DNA of 64,000 nucleotides from an uncultured cyanobacterium (GCA_963766075.1 CAVYAN010000086.1:1-64000); one strand, 5' to 3'; shown: positions 11,504 to 22,890, counted from the stretch's first letter. Program-made: numbers and translations. The notes: generated by a model not told the origin, from the sequence alone.

Positions 11504-12640
11504 ATGCGTATTGCGCTTTTCACCGAAACCTTCCTGCCCAAAGTCGATGGCATTGTGACGCGCTTGAAACATACGGTCGAGCATTTACAGCGCCAAGGGG
11601 ATCAGGTGCTGGTGTTTTCGCCCGACGGGGGACTCAAGGAATACATGGGGGCGCAGATCTATGGGGTGAGCGGATTTCCCCTGCCGCTCTATCCGGAGTT
11701 GAAATTGGCCCTGCCGCGTCCAGCCATTGGCGAAGCCCTACGACTATTCAAGCCGGACTTGGTGCATGTGGTGAATCCAGCGGTGTTGGGACTGGCGGGC
11801 GTATATTATGCCAAGTCGTTGGATATTCCATTACTGGCTTCGTACCATACCCATCTCCCCGAATATCTCCAGCACTATGGCTTAGGCATGTTGGAAGGGT
11901 TGATGTGGGAATTGATTAAGGCAACCCACAATCAGGCGGCGTTAAATCTGTGTACGTCTACGGCGATGGTGCAAGCCCTAGAGGGACACGGGGTTGAGCG
12001 GGTTGACCTGTGGCAGCGCGGGGTGGATACGGAAACATTTCAACCCCATTTAGCCAGCTTGGAGATGCGTGCAAAACTGTCTCAGGGGCATCCCGATCGC
12101 CCAATTTTGCTGTACGTCGGTCGTCTGTCAGCGGAAAAGGAAATCGAGCAAATTAAACCGGTTTTGGAGTCGATTCCTAATGCTTGTCTCGCGTTGGTGG
12201 GCGATGGCCCCAATCGGCAAGCTTTGGAGAAGCATTTTGAAGGCACATCAACCCACTTTGTGGGCTATTTGCAGGGCAAAGAGTTAGGGGCGGCCTTTGC
12301 TTCTGCGGATGCCTTTGTGTTTCCGTCGCGGACGGAAACGTTGGGTCTGGTGCTGTTAGAAGCGATGGCGGCGGGTTGTCCGGTGGTAGCGGCCCGCTCG
12401 GGGGGGATTCCGGATATCGTGACGGATGGCGTCAACGGCTTTTTGTTTGATCCGACGGATGAGAATGGGGCGATCGCCGCCACTCAGAAATTGCTGGCCA
12501 ATGCGGCAGAACGAGACAGATTGCGCCAGAATGCGCGTCTAGAAGCGGAAAAATGGGGTTGGTCGGCAGCGACGCGACAGTTGCGCGGGTACTATCAGTT
12601 GGTGGTGGGTGGGCAATCGCTAGAGTCTTCGGCAGCATGA
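11504..12640 (+). CDS. sqdX: Sulfoquinovosyldiacylglycerol synthase (GT4)
   Basis: MRIALFTETFLPKVDGIVTRL, SRTETLGLVLLEAMA; adjacent to sqdB. Confidence 0.95.
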   Translation: MRIALFTETFLPKVDGIVTRLKHTVEHLQRQGDQVLVFSPDGGLKEYMGAQIYGVSGFPLPLYPELKLALPRPAIGEALRLFKPDLVHVVNPAVLGLAGVYYAKSLDIPLLASYHTHLPEYLQHYGLGMLEGLMWELIKATHNQAALNLCTSTAMVQALEGHGVERVDLWQRGVDTETFQPHLASLEMRAKLSQGHPDRPILLYVGRLSAEKEIEQIKPVLESIPNACLALVGDGPNRQALEKHFEGTSTHFVGYLQGKELGAAFASADAFVFPSRTETLGLVLLEAMAAGCPVVAARSGGIPDIVTDGVNGFLFDPTDENGAIAATQKLLANAAERDRLRQNARLEAEKWGWSAATRQLRGYYQLVVGGQSLESSAA

Positions 12641-12694
12641 GGGCGATCGGTGAGTGCAGTCTGATTTTCCTGCATCAGGGTAGATCATCCCGGA

Positions 12695-13918
12695 TCAGGG
12701 TGGATCAATGACGGCTAGCACTGCCTTGGGCAAGAGTTGATCCTTAAACCAAATAATCCGCGCTGGAGTCTCGCCAATCTTCACCCCCGCCTTCTCCAGG
12801 TTCAGCCGCTCCGACACCGCCAGCACCAAATCATCCCGCCCCGACTGACGCACCTGGGAAAACTTTTTCTGGAGGTATTCCGGTCGCCAATAGCCCACAA
12901 TTTCCAACAGCAGCGATCGCCCATCCGGATGCACCAGCCGAAAATCCGGAATCATCACACTCCCTGGAATCGGAATCAGATCGACTTCCCGCTCCAACCG
13001 CCAGTCGGTTTTTGCCTTGGCCCAGCGCTCCACAAAACTCGCTTCCAGCATACTGTCATAGGTTTTTCCCGGTGGATAATGCGTCACCAATCCGCAGGCG
13101 TCATTCAAGGCAAACCGACCCACCCGCGTGCCGCCGGAGTAGGCATCCTTCATCTGTAGGGTCGCCGTCAGACTCCAGCGGGTCACATGCAGCAACGCCG
13201 GTAACAGCATCGCCAACTTCAACCCATAGCGCGTATTCGGCTTGAACAAACTGGTGGGACCATCCAAGGTCAGCGTAAACCCATGATCCGCATCGCCCTC
13301 AATGTAGGACATCAGGCTAAACAGCTTGACATAGCGGAATAGCAGCTTGTATTCCCCTGGATCATTACGATGGGCATTCAGCGTCACTTGACTGGCGCGA
13401 TAAAACACTCCCTGCACCTGGGACAGATTGTAGCGATGGATCAGCGCCTCTGGAGTGGGCGCCTCGAACTGGGTCAAAATTTGATTGTCTGGCAAATCGG
13501 CATAGAGTCCTGCATGCACCTGTTCTGGCAAAATTTCCCGCTCCAATTCCTGGCTCAGCGCCTCGGCCACCTGTTGAATCACCCTTTGGGCCATTTGGAT
13601 ACTGGGCACAGAGTGCGCCGCCAGGGCAAAGACCTTCTCCCGCAGCATCGGCGGGTCCAAAGGACTAACGGTTTCAAAGGTGCTAAAGGCATCCGCACTG
13701 AGGAGATGGGCAAGGCCCCGTTTCACCCGGTAATCCGTATCCTCGCCCTCTAATTCCTGCAGCAGGCGATTCAGATCGCCGTGGGTACCGGACTGGGCAG
13801 CGTGGAATAGGGCAATCAGGTCGGTGGCGATCGCCAAGTTTTTCGGTGACAGGGCTAAGTGCTTTGGCACCACCTCTTCACCACTGTAGCGATGCATCAA
13901 CAGCTCGGTGGGCAGCAT
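12695..13918 (-). CDS. DUF790 family (Bax1-like) putative endonuclease
   Basis: YNLSQVQG, LDGPTSLF, YDSMLEASF, IPDF...LEIVGYWRPEYL. Confidence 0.88.
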   Translation of the reverse strand: MLPTELLMHRYSGEEVVPKHLALSPKNLAIATDLIALFHAAQSGTHGDLNRLLQELEGEDTDYRVKRGLAHLLSADAFSTFETVSPLDPPMLREKVFALAAHSVPSIQMAQRVIQQVAEALSQELEREILPEQVHAGLYADLPDNQILTQFEAPTPEALIHRYNLSQVQGVFYRASQVTLNAHRNDPGEYKLLFRYVKLFSLMSYIEGDADHGFTLTLDGPTSLFKPNTRYGLKLAMLLPALLHVTRWSLTATLQMKDAYSGGTRVGRFALNDACGLVTHYPPGKTYDSMLEASFVERWAKAKTDWRLEREVDLIPIPGSVMIPDFRLVHPDGRSLLLEIVGYWRPEYLQKKFSQVRQSGRDDLVLAVSERLNLEKAGVKIGETPARIIWFKDQLLPKAVLAVIDPP

Positions 13919-13920
13919 GA

Positions 13921-14550
13921 CTATTTCGCCGGTGCACTAACCCCAACAGCACTACCTCCAACAGCGCTACCCCCCAAGGCATTGGCCCGCCGCGCTAACG
14001 CCACATCTTTCTGGGTGATTCCACCGGCGTCGTGGGTCGTCAAATCAATGGTGACCCGATTGTAGACATTAAACCACTCGGGATGATGACCCATCGACTC
14101 AGCCACCAGCGCCACACTGGACATAAAGCCAAACGCCTCCACAAAGGAAGGAAACTGAAACTGCCGATGCAACTTTCCGTCTTGCAGGGTCCAACCTGAC
14201 AGTTCAGCCAGAACTGCATTCAAGTCTGAAGGGGATAATACAGAATCGGTCATGGTATTGCTCTTGGGGGCTTGAGCGCCATTACATTCGGCGGTCAGGG
14301 GGACAGGCATTGAGGGAACAGCCATCAGGGGCGCAACGATTGGCGGTGCGGCGATCGCAGAAGCTAACCCCAAGCGACTCACCGTGGCAGAACTCGGATG
14401 ACCCAAGGGCGTCGCATATTTAGTACTGGCCAAACCGGGAGTCTCCATCCCAATAATACTGACCAAACAAATCAACACAGCCAAGCCAAGCACGATCCCA
14501 ACCTCGGCAATAGACTCGCGCCAATCTCCAGAAAAAAGCCGCTTTGCCAT
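13921..14550 (-). CDS. Pterin-4-alpha-carbinolamine dehydratase, possible N-terminal extension (alternative start 14253)
   Basis: [30 protein letters not shown]. Confidence 0.88.
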   Translation of the reverse strand: MAKRLFSGDWRESIAEVGIVLGLAVLICLVSIIGMETPGLASTKYATPLGHPSSATVSRLGLASAIAAPPIVAPLMAVPSMPVPLTAECNGAQAPKSNTMTDSVLSPSDLNAVLAELSGWTLQDGKLHRQFQFPSFVEAFGFMSSVALVAESMGHHPEWFNVYNRVTIDLTTHDAGGITQKDVALARRANALGGSAVGGSAVGVSAPAK

Positions 14551-14614
14551 AGAAACCTTCTGCCTTTGAGATTTTAGACTCTGAACTTTGGGCCGAATTC
14601 AAAATCTAAAATCT

Positions 14615-14971
14615 CTAACCGCCTTTGGCTTTTTCAATCGCCACATCCACTGAAGGCTGCAAGGACAGAAATTGCTCCAAGCGGACTAACTTCACCGTCT
14701 GGGTCACACGGGCATTCGTGACAATTTGTAGCGTACCGTTTTCTGTTTGCGCTTTTTTAACCAATTGAACCAGGGCACCTAGCCCAGAACTGTCCACAAA
14801 GTCGATCTTGGACAAATCTAGAATGAGATGCTTTGGACCTTCTTCGATACATTTGGTGAGAACCTTCCGAAAAGTCGGTTCTGAAAATGCATCCAACAGG
14901 CCCGTGAGGCGAAAAAGTTGGTAGTTATCCTTGACTTCGCGTGTGCCTCTCAAGCTGACAGTCAGGGTCAA
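14615..14971 (-). CDS. STAS-domain anti-sigma factor antagonist
   Basis: GLLDAFS, LDLSKIDFVDSSGLGALV. Confidence 0.93.
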   Translation of the reverse strand: MTLTVSLRGTREVKDNYQLFRLTGLLDAFSEPTFRKVLTKCIEEGPKHLILDLSKIDFVDSSGLGALVQLVKKAQTENGTLQIVTNARVTQTVKLVRLEQFLSLQPSVDVAIEKAKGG

Positions 14972-15060
14972 TGTCTCAGGAATAACGCCCTCCTACGGTT
15001 TCATCTCGCAATTCGAGGCTTAAGTATACACGTTGCAGCCAAGATATGCCAGGGAATTTT

Positions 15061-16212
15061 TCACCCTTTTGCCTGGTGATCCCGCATGATTTGAACAAAT
15101 TGGCCAAACAAATAATCGGCGTCATGGGGACCGGGGCTGGCCTCTGGATGGTACTGCACAGAAAAGAGGGGCAACGTCTTGTGGCGGAGTCCAGCCAGGG
15201 TGCGATCGTTGAGATTGAGATGGGTAATTTCCACGGCATCGGACGACAGCGAGTCTGCGCTCAGAGCAAAGCCGTGATTTTGGCTAGTAATTTCTACCTG
15301 CTGGCTCAGCCCACAGGGCTGGTTCAACCCGCGATGGCCAAATTTCAGTTTGAAGGTTTCGCCCCCCAGGGAAAGCCCCAGGATTTGATGCCCCATGCAA
15401 ATACCAAACATGGGCTTGGCAGCGGCCAGCAGGGCGGTAGCAGTAGCGATGCCTTCGGTGACTACCGCTGGATCACCAGGACCATTGGAGAGAAAAATAC
15501 CATCGGGGTTGTAGTTCAAAATATCCGCCGCCGAAGTGGACGCAGGCACGACAATCACACGGCAGCCATAGCTTGCTAACCGCCGCAGAATATTGCGCTT
15601 AATGCCAAAGTCCAAGGCCACCACAGTCAAGGAGGGAGCATCACTAGGGGGCGGATCAAGGGTGTAGTCCCACTCCGTCTCGGTTACCTCGGACCATTCG
15701 TAGACCATGGAAGTGGTCACTTCCTTGACGAGGTTAAGTCCGGCCATACTGGGGGCATCGTGGACCCGTTCCAGCAAATCAGCCGGGTCAAGGATTTCCG
15801 TCGAAATCGCCCCGTTCATAGCTCCGACCGATCGCAGCTTGCGGGTGAGGGCGCGGGTATCAATCCCGGAGATGGCGACGACGTTGTGCTGCTTAAGATA
15901 GTCTGGCAAGGATTGGGTGGAGCGCCAATTGCTGGGCTTGGTGCAAATATTGCGCGCGATCGCCCCTTTAGCTTGGGGATGGGCCGATTCTTCATCCGCA
16001 GCATTGACCCCCGTATTGCCCAGTTCCGGATAGGTAAAAGTGATGAGTTGCCCTTTGTAGCTGGGATCGGTCAAGACTTCTTGATAGCCCGTCATGCCCG
16101 TATTGAACACAACTTCACCAATCACCGTTCCCGGCGCACCAAAAGACCATCCTTGATAAGCTGTGCCATCAACCAAAACCAGTAAAGCGGGGTGAGCAGA
16201 GGAAAGAGCCAT
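15061..16212 (-). CDS. carA: Carbamoyl-phosphate synthase small subunit
   Basis: [42 protein letters not shown]. Confidence 0.98.
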   Translation of the reverse strand: MALSSAHPALLVLVDGTAYQGWSFGAPGTVIGEVVFNTGMTGYQEVLTDPSYKGQLITFTYPELGNTGVNAADEESAHPQAKGAIARNICTKPSNWRSTQSLPDYLKQHNVVAISGIDTRALTRKLRSVGAMNGAISTEILDPADLLERVHDAPSMAGLNLVKEVTTSMVYEWSEVTETEWDYTLDPPPSDAPSLTVVALDFGIKRNILRRLASYGCRVIVVPASTSAADILNYNPDGIFLSNGPGDPAVVTEGIATATALLAAAKPMFGICMGHQILGLSLGGETFKLKFGHRGLNQPCGLSQQVEITSQNHGFALSADSLSSDAVEITHLNLNDRTLAGLRHKTLPLFSVQYHPEASPGPHDADYLFGQFVQIMRDHQAKG

Positions 16213-16578
16213 AGCAACGTTCGCCGACGTAAAAGCCAACGTATTATGTCATGTCTGTTCCCCAACGAAGCGTATCAAATTGATCCAGTTGCACCCGATT
16301 TTGCACCAATTGGGCAGAAATCCCTACCAGACCATGATCCCTGCCAACTTTGGCAAGCGGTCCAGATGGGTAGGTGATGGGTACAGGTTTTAAGCTGTGA
16401 ACCTGGTCAAGATGAGAGAGAAACCGGAAAAGACTGAGAATAAAGATCGCAGATGGGGAATTTCTAGAAGAATGAGAAGTTGGTCAGTGCTACTTGGCGA
16501 ATAACCCACGCAGGAATTCTCTGGAATCTCGCCTCTTTTGCCCGTAGATTTGTTTATTGCTGTGCACCACTGGGGTTA

Positions 16579-17529
16579 ATGTCCATGTATCAGGTTTTTC
16601 GTTCGCGCTGGGGGCAGACTTTGATCTGGGGGAGCGCCTTACTGGTAACGGCCTGTGGTGCTGCACCAAAAACATCTGGAACAGCGGCCCCCCCTTCAGC
16701 AACGATCGCAGCCAACTCACCGATGCCGCCAGCAGCGATCAAAACCAAGCCTACAAACCCACCCCAGCCAAAAGCAGGCAGTAAATCCAGCCCGTCTACC
16801 CCCGCGCCGGATCCCAAGGCCCCACCGCCAGAAGCCTATAGTCGGGCCTTAGATAAAGCCGAAAGTGCCCAAAATATTGCCTCCACTGCGCGATCGCGGG
16901 ATGACTGGAGCCTCGTGGCTAGTCAATGGCAGCAAGCCGTGCAATTCATGCAAGCCGTGCCCGCTTCCCATGCCTATTACAAACGGGCTCAGAGTAAACT
17001 GGGGGGCTATCAGCGATTCTTGGCGAATGCCAAAGCCCGGTCAGCCCAAACCAGCAACCTGGGAGATAACACCGTTGATACCCGGATTGGGGCTGACCCG
17101 ATCGGTAAATCTTCGGGGGGCACTGCCATTGCCATGGCTGGGCAACCCCGCCCCGGACAGGTGTTTCAAGCCGTGATCAAGCGTCGGTCAGGGGGAACCC
17201 CGGTGATTGACGTCACCTTTAATGGCAGTCAGTCCTTTGAAATGATTGTGGATACGGGCGCGAGTAGCACAGTGATTACCTCACGAATGGCGGCCTCCCT
17301 GGGCTTGGCAGTGGTGGGCAAAGCCTATGTCAATACAGCCAGTCAGCGGGGGGTGGAAGTGCCCCTGGCCTATGTCGATTCCATGGCCGTGGGGGCGGCA
17401 CAGGTGCGGGGAGTCACCGTGGCGATCGGGGGAGACGCCCTGGAAGTGGGACTACTGGGTCACGACTTCTTTGATAACTACGACGTCACGGTCAAACGCG
17501 ATGTCGTGGAGTTTCGGGTCCGGGGATAA
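16579..17529 (+). CDS. Lipoprotein with C-terminal retropepsin-like aspartic protease
   Basis: Lipobox LVTAC; MIVDTGAS and GLLGHDFF motifs. Start uncertain. Confidence 0.85.
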   Translation: MSMYQVFRSRWGQTLIWGSALLVTACGAAPKTSGTAAPPSATIAANSPMPPAAIKTKPTNPPQPKAGSKSSPSTPAPDPKAPPPEAYSRALDKAESAQNIASTARSRDDWSLVASQWQQAVQFMQAVPASHAYYKRAQSKLGGYQRFLANAKARSAQTSNLGDNTVDTRIGADPIGKSSGGTAIAMAGQPRPGQVFQAVIKRRSGGTPVIDVTFNGSQSFEMIVDTGASSTVITSRMAASLGLAVVGKAYVNTASQRGVEVPLAYVDSMAVGAAQVRGVTVAIGGDALEVGLLGHDFFDNYDVTVKRDVVEFRVRG

Positions 17530-17618
17530 ACCCGCTCTAGCCCTGCCAGATTTCTAGATCCTGGCTCTAGGCACCGAGTCTGGGCACCGAGTCTAGAGCC
17601 TAAGGCAAGATACGAGGT

Positions 17619-18734
17619 CTAGGTGCTGAGGAACTTCACGAGGTGTTCAAGTTTGGTCCAAGCCGCGCCACTGCGCAAAATCTCTTGGGCTAGGGCCACA
17701 CCAGCCCCAAAGGATAACTCGGTGACGGACGCCCCCGTTACACCCCCCACCTGCAAGGCCAGCGCCGCATTGAGCGCCACCACATCCTGTTGGGCACGGG
17801 TGCCTTTGCCCCGCAAAACAGCGGTCAGAATTTCCGTATTTTGCTGGACATCGCCACCCGCGATCGCCCCTAGATCAGCCCGCTCTAAGCCTAAGGTCTG
17901 CGGATCAAGGGCGATCGTCTGCACCCGGTGATTGTCTAGGACAGCCAAATCCGTTAAGTCGCCTAACCCAGCTTCATCCAGGCGCTCCCGCCCATGCAGC
18001 ACGATCGCCTGTTTCACTCCAAGCTGGTCCAACGCTTGGGCCAAGGTTTCCAGCAAGCTGGCATCGTACACCCCGATCACTTGGCCGGTGGGGGCCATCG
18101 GATTGACCAACGGCCCCAGCAAGTTAAAGACCGTCCGGACTCTGAGCGATCGCCGCAACCCAGCCACACTCTTCAAGGCCGGATGCCACCCCGGCGCAAA
18201 CAGAAAGGTAATTCCCACCTCGGTCACCGCCGCTTGGATTTGTTCCGGGGGGGCCGCTAAATTGATCCCCAGCGCCTCCAGCACATCTGCCGAACCCACT
18301 TTGCTGGAGGCCGACCGATTGCCATGCTTGGCCACAGCAACACCCGCCGCCGCCGCCACAAAAGCAACTGCCGTAGAAATATTAAACGTGCCCGCCCCAT
18401 CACCGCCTGTGCCACAGGTGTCAATTAACGGCGTCGGTCGGGGGCCTGCCAGAGGCGGCAGGGGAGCGGCCTGCTGCTTCAGCACTTGGGCCATGCCCGT
18501 CAGTTCCGCCGCAGAAACACCCTTCGTTTGAATTGCCGCAAGAATTGCACCCGTCAAGACGGGTGGAATCACCTCGCTCAACCATCCCTGCATCAAGGTA
18601 GCAGCTTGCTCTACAGTCAGCGACTGCCGATCCAACAATTGTTGCAGCAAGCTGGACCAATCCCCTAGCGACTCAGGGGCCGATGCCACAGGGGCCAGGG
18701 TGGAGTGGGTTAAAGGTGTCGTCACAGAGCTCAA
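17619..18734 (-). CDS. trpD: Anthranilate phosphoribosyltransferase
   Basis: [45 protein letters not shown]. Confidence 0.97.
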   Translation of the reverse strand: MSSVTTPLTHSTLAPVASAPESLGDWSSLLQQLLDRQSLTVEQAATLMQGWLSEVIPPVLTGAILAAIQTKGVSAAELTGMAQVLKQQAAPLPPLAGPRPTPLIDTCGTGGDGAGTFNISTAVAFVAAAAGVAVAKHGNRSASSKVGSADVLEALGINLAAPPEQIQAAVTEVGITFLFAPGWHPALKSVAGLRRSLRVRTVFNLLGPLVNPMAPTGQVIGVYDASLLETLAQALDQLGVKQAIVLHGRERLDEAGLGDLTDLAVLDNHRVQTIALDPQTLGLERADLGAIAGGDVQQNTEILTAVLRGKGTRAQQDVVALNAALALQVGGVTGASVTELSFGAGVALAQEILRSGAAWTKLEHLVKFLST

Positions 18735-18960
18735 GCCAAATTACTGGCACCAGCATCCCATTAAGTCATTCCCCTGGGCAAGCACCTGGACCAAGGGAAT
18801 GGAACTGAGGGCTTGGACCTGTGAATCTAATGAAAACTTCACTAAGACGATGAAGACTTGACCAGCAGAGGGCTGCATGGGATTCAGTCCTTCATTTTTA
18901 GTCCCATCGCCTAGTAGGATGGGATGAGTGCAGCGCATGTCAATTAGCCACCCTAACCCT

Positions 18961-20154
18961 ATGAGTCATCCCGAAAATATTCCCGCCCACGGCGGGCAGT
19001 TGATCAACCGCATTGCGTCGGACGAGCAGCGACAGGTTTTCCAAGACAAGGCCGATTTTTTGCCCCGTGTCCAGTTGGACAATCGCGCAATTTCGGACTT
19101 AGAAATGATTGCGATCGGAGGCTTTAGTCCTCTCACCGGCTTTCTAGACCAGGCCGATTACCATCGCGTTGTCAACGAAATGCACCTTGCCAATGGCTTG
19201 CCTTGGTCAATTCCCGTCACGCTGGCTGTGTCTGAAGCGGTAGCTGCACCGCTGCAAGAAGGCAGCCTGATTCGGCTGGACAATGAAGTCGGGGACTTTA
19301 TCGGGGTTTTAGAGCTTACGGAGAAATATACTTACGATAAAGTACACGAAGCTCTGTCTGTTTACCGCACCAATGAAGAGAAGCATCCCGGCGTCGCTGT
19401 GGTTTACCAACAGGGGGCGGTGAATTTGGCTGGGCCAGTGTGGCTGTTGCAGCGAACAATTGACGCCCGCTTTCCCACCTACCAGATTGATCCCGTTGAG
19501 TCCCGCAAGCTATTCCGCGACAAAGGGTGGAAAACCGTTGTTGGCTTCCAAACCCGAAACCCCATTCACCGGGCCCACGAATACATTATCAAATGTGCCA
19601 TGGAGGTTGTCGATGGCCTGTTCCTGCATCCCCTGGTAGGTGCAACAAAGGAAGATGACATTCCTGCCGATGTGCGAATGCGCTGCTACGAAATCATGCT
19701 GGCCCACTACTTTCCCAAGGATCGGGTGATTTTGGCGATTAACCCTGCGGCTATGCGCTACGCGGGGCCTCGGGAGGCAATTTTCCACGCACTGGTGCGG
19801 AAAAATTATGGTTGCACGCACTTTATCGTGGGTCGGGACCACGCGGGTGTGGGGGACTACTACGGCACCTACGATGCCCAATATATTTTTGATGAGTTCA
19901 ATCCAGTGGATTTAGGGATTCAGCCGTTGAAGTTTGAACATGCCTTTTACTGCAAACGTACGCAGTCGATGGGTACAACCAAGACGAGTCCCAGTACACC
20001 GGAGGAGCGGGTTCACCTCTCCGGTACCAAGGTGCGTGATATGCTGCGGCGGGGTGAATTGCCACCACCAGAGTTCTCGCGTCCGTTGGTGGCAGCGGAG
20101 TTGTCGAAGGCCATGCAGCCGCCCACAGAGGCACTGCATGGGTCCGGAATTTAA
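18961..20154 (+). CDS. sat: Sulfate adenylyltransferase
   Basis: [40 protein letters not shown]. Confidence 0.97.
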   Translation: MSHPENIPAHGGQLINRIASDEQRQVFQDKADFLPRVQLDNRAISDLEMIAIGGFSPLTGFLDQADYHRVVNEMHLANGLPWSIPVTLAVSEAVAAPLQEGSLIRLDNEVGDFIGVLELTEKYTYDKVHEALSVYRTNEEKHPGVAVVYQQGAVNLAGPVWLLQRTIDARFPTYQIDPVESRKLFRDKGWKTVVGFQTRNPIHRAHEYIIKCAMEVVDGLFLHPLVGATKEDDIPADVRMRCYEIMLAHYFPKDRVILAINPAAMRYAGPREAIFHALVRKNYGCTHFIVGRDHAGVGDYYGTYDAQYIFDEFNPVDLGIQPLKFEHAFYCKRTQSMGTTKTSPSTPEERVHLSGTKVRDMLRRGELPPPEFSRPLVAAELSKAMQPPTEALHGSGI

Positions 20155-20234
20155 GTGGGCGTGGAAATTTGGCCAACCCGGACTGGCTAGAGTCCGGATT
20201 GGCCCGTCTGGGATTTAGCCGGAGAACCAGCACC

Positions 20235-21500
20235 ATGCGTCAGCACACTTGGGCGATCGCCCTGCTATCGATCTGTGTCGTCATCACGAGTGAGGCGATC
20301 GCACAGCCCGCCCCCAAGACTAAGCCCAGCTTGATCCCGGCAACATCCTCCCCGCCAGTCCTTTCTGCCACACCTGCCCCCCTCTCCTCGCCCACCAACG
20401 TCGGGATCGGCCCTGCTGCGTCAGAAGATCAACGGCAAGCGGACCTAAAACTAAGCGAGCAAATTCAAGCGAGCGTGAATACCAACTTCGGTTGGGCGAT
20501 CGGCCTCTTGACCGCACTGATTGCCATTTTGGGCATCTTTCCCATTGTCTTGGGGGTATTAGTTTGGCTGCTGCGTGGCAGTGTGATTCAGCAAACGGTC
20601 ACTGAAATTAAACGCCAATTGGATCAAGATATCTCCGAAGCCGTCAAACAGCAATTTGATCAGCGGGTGGCGGTCCATGTGGAGCAGCAGGTGAAGAACT
20701 TTAAACAGGAATTGGAAACCCTGAAGCACAATTTGGCCTTGGCGACCCAACTGGAAAAAGATCGAATTTTCGCTGAATTGGCCCAAATCACCCCCTCCGT
20801 GATTCAAGAAGAGATCATTTCCCCCGCCGATCAAGAACGTCTTCAGGTACTGACCAAACAGCTCGATTCCCTGCAAGCCGTCGATCAGCTCGACCTAACC
20901 GTGGGCGATTATTTGAAGCAAGGGGACGCTTTCTACTACGAGGGCCGCTACGAAGATGCGATCGCGGCCTATGACCAAGCGCTGCAAAAGGATCCCAGTT
21001 CCTGTGATGCCTGGGTGCTAAAAGGCAAAGCCCTGCGTCGGGCGAAACGGTATGAGGAGGCGTTAGCGGCCAGTCAAACCGCCACCCAAATTAACCCCGA
21101 CAATTCCTGGGGCTGGTTTGGCCAAGGCTATGCACTGCGCGAGTTGCGCCGCTATGAAGAGGCCCTTGCGGCCTATGATCAGGCAATCCAGGTGCGTACC
21201 AATCACTATCACGCCTGGAAACATCGCAGCTATGTGCTGACCAAGCTGGGACGCTACGCGGAAGCCGAAGCCAGTTTTGAGAGAGCGCTGACCCTCCAGA
21301 AAAATCCGGCGGGCACCTACTATAACCAAGCCTCATTCTATGCGGCCCAGGAAGACAGCGATCGCGCCGTTGAAGCCTTGGCCTTAGCTATTCAACTGGA
21401 CCCCAAATTTCGGATTCTCGCCCGCTCTGACCCTGACTTTGACAGTCTTCGCCACAATCCGAGGTTTATTTCTCTAGTGAATTCTAATCCGGAATTCTAG
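20235..21500 (+). CDS. Membrane-anchored tetratricopeptide repeat protein
   Basis: Signal peptide, one TM helix, coiled coil, then repeats such as YEDAIAAYDQAL / YEEALAAYDQAI. Confidence 0.88.
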   Translation: MRQHTWAIALLSICVVITSEAIAQPAPKTKPSLIPATSSPPVLSATPAPLSSPTNVGIGPAASEDQRQADLKLSEQIQASVNTNFGWAIGLLTALIAILGIFPIVLGVLVWLLRGSVIQQTVTEIKRQLDQDISEAVKQQFDQRVAVHVEQQVKNFKQELETLKHNLALATQLEKDRIFAELAQITPSVIQEEIISPADQERLQVLTKQLDSLQAVDQLDLTVGDYLKQGDAFYYEGRYEDAIAAYDQALQKDPSSCDAWVLKGKALRRAKRYEEALAASQTATQINPDNSWGWFGQGYALRELRRYEEALAAYDQAIQVRTNHYHAWKHRSYVLTKLGRYAEAEASFERALTLQKNPAGTYYNQASFYAAQEDSDRAVEALALAIQLDPKFRILARSDPDFDSLRHNPRFISLVNSNPEF

Positions 21501-21658
21501 CAACTTGAGGCGTAGGCAAAAATTCTCTCACTAAAAAGCCGGATCAGAGTAGCGTGGCGTGCGGGAAGGACTCTTGATTGCAATACTAAAGTCTTTGTGC
21601 CGCCCGTTGGAAAGCCCATTATTGGAAAGCCCATTAACAGAGCTTCAAGCAAAAAGAT

Positions 21659-21775
21659 ATGGATATAGCCGTCAACTCGTGGGGATCGTGGCAGGACTGG
21701 TTAGTTGTGATGAGCTACCTTGGTTTCGCTGGATTTATCATCTGGCAGGTTCTAGCCACTCCAGCAAAAAAATGA
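21659..21775 (+). CDS. Candidate 38-aa single-TM microprotein (below the ORF-track size cutoff)
   Basis: MDIAVNSWGSWQDWLVVMSYLGFAGFIIWQVLATPAKK*: acidic N-terminus, about 19-aa hydrophobic core, basic C-terminus. Confidence 0.5.
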   Translation: MDIAVNSWGSWQDWLVVMSYLGFAGFIIWQVLATPAKK

Positions 21776-21844
21776 AGCCCTAAAGACGAAGCCCTGGAAA
21801 TGCCGCTTGGGCAAGGACGCTCGGACCGGGCAAACCCTCAGATT

Positions 21845-22102
21845 CTAACGGGTGCCCGCGCCTTTTGTTTGTCCTGGTCCGCCGACATCAGGCGGTTGGT
21901 AATCGTCTAGGGTTGAAGCGATCGCCGCACGGGGAGACAGCGAAGCTGCCTGAGCTGCCACAATCGCGGGCTCCACAAAAGAGGGAATGGCATGGACAGG
22001 TGGCGTTAGCACAACGCATTGAGCGCCCACTAAGCCAACGACTGCCCCCATCAACCCGACGGACGAAACACCGAAACCAAATAAGATTTTTGTGACTTGC
22101 AT
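21845..22102 (-). CDS. Small secreted hypothetical protein / putative peptide precursor
   Basis: Signal-peptide-like N-terminus ending PPVHA; C-terminus DDYQPPDVGGPGQTKGAGTR. Confidence 0.65.
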   Translation of the reverse strand: MQVTKILFGFGVSSVGLMGAVVGLVGAQCVVLTPPVHAIPSFVEPAIVAAQAASLSPRAAIASTLDDYQPPDVGGPGQTKGAGTR

Positions 22103-22890
22103 CTCAGTAGCCCTGCCGGAAAATAAGCTTAAATCAAATAATCTAAAAACCAAACAGCTCAGCAAATATACTTAAGATAACTGGGAGAGTACCGCTAAAA
22201 GTCTCCGTATATTTAGTAGGTTAATCTTACCCATTTCTAGAAATCATTCATCAACTTTTTATAAGAGGGTGGGCATAATTAAACCAACGAGCGGCGCGGG
22301 GTACCCTGCAATAAGTCGGCTATACCTTGGCTTACCCCGCAATTCAAGGCATTTCTGCCTTCCATAGAGCAAGCCAATTTTATAAGTAGTTAGGCTGTCC
22401 CATAGGACGTAAACCATACAGCTCTTCCAACCGGGATTAACACCCTTAGATTCTTCTGAGCAACATTTGCTGCTGAGAAGCCGAAGCAGGGTTACCAGAG
22501 ATTGCCCAAAAAAGATTAAATAATAACCGAGCAGAGAGACGTGAACCGAAAATCTTATGAAGTTAATCTAATTAACCAATCAAAAGGGTGGAATCAACCT
22601 TGGGCGTATTTCACTCGGCACATTTCATGAATAGAATTCGTCAACCCTAAAAACCAATCAGGATGAAGTCCTCGTGAGGTAGACAAGACAAATGAGTAAT
22701 GTCCTAAGCATTGCTACCCGTTTACCTACCCCTACATTAGGCACCCTTTCCTGAGGTAACCACGTATTTTTTATAAAAGCTTTATATTGTCAACGTTAAT
22801 CTTCGTGTTTCGTAATTTATTCAGGGTAAAAGTATTTATTCAGGGTAAACCTTTAGGCAATCCCCCGTTATCGAGACTGCCTGCCATAGG

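Noticed and set aside
22692..22754. 20-codon ORF MSNVLSIATRLPTPTLGTLS
   Set aside because: Too short and featureless to support without conservation or Ribo-seq data.
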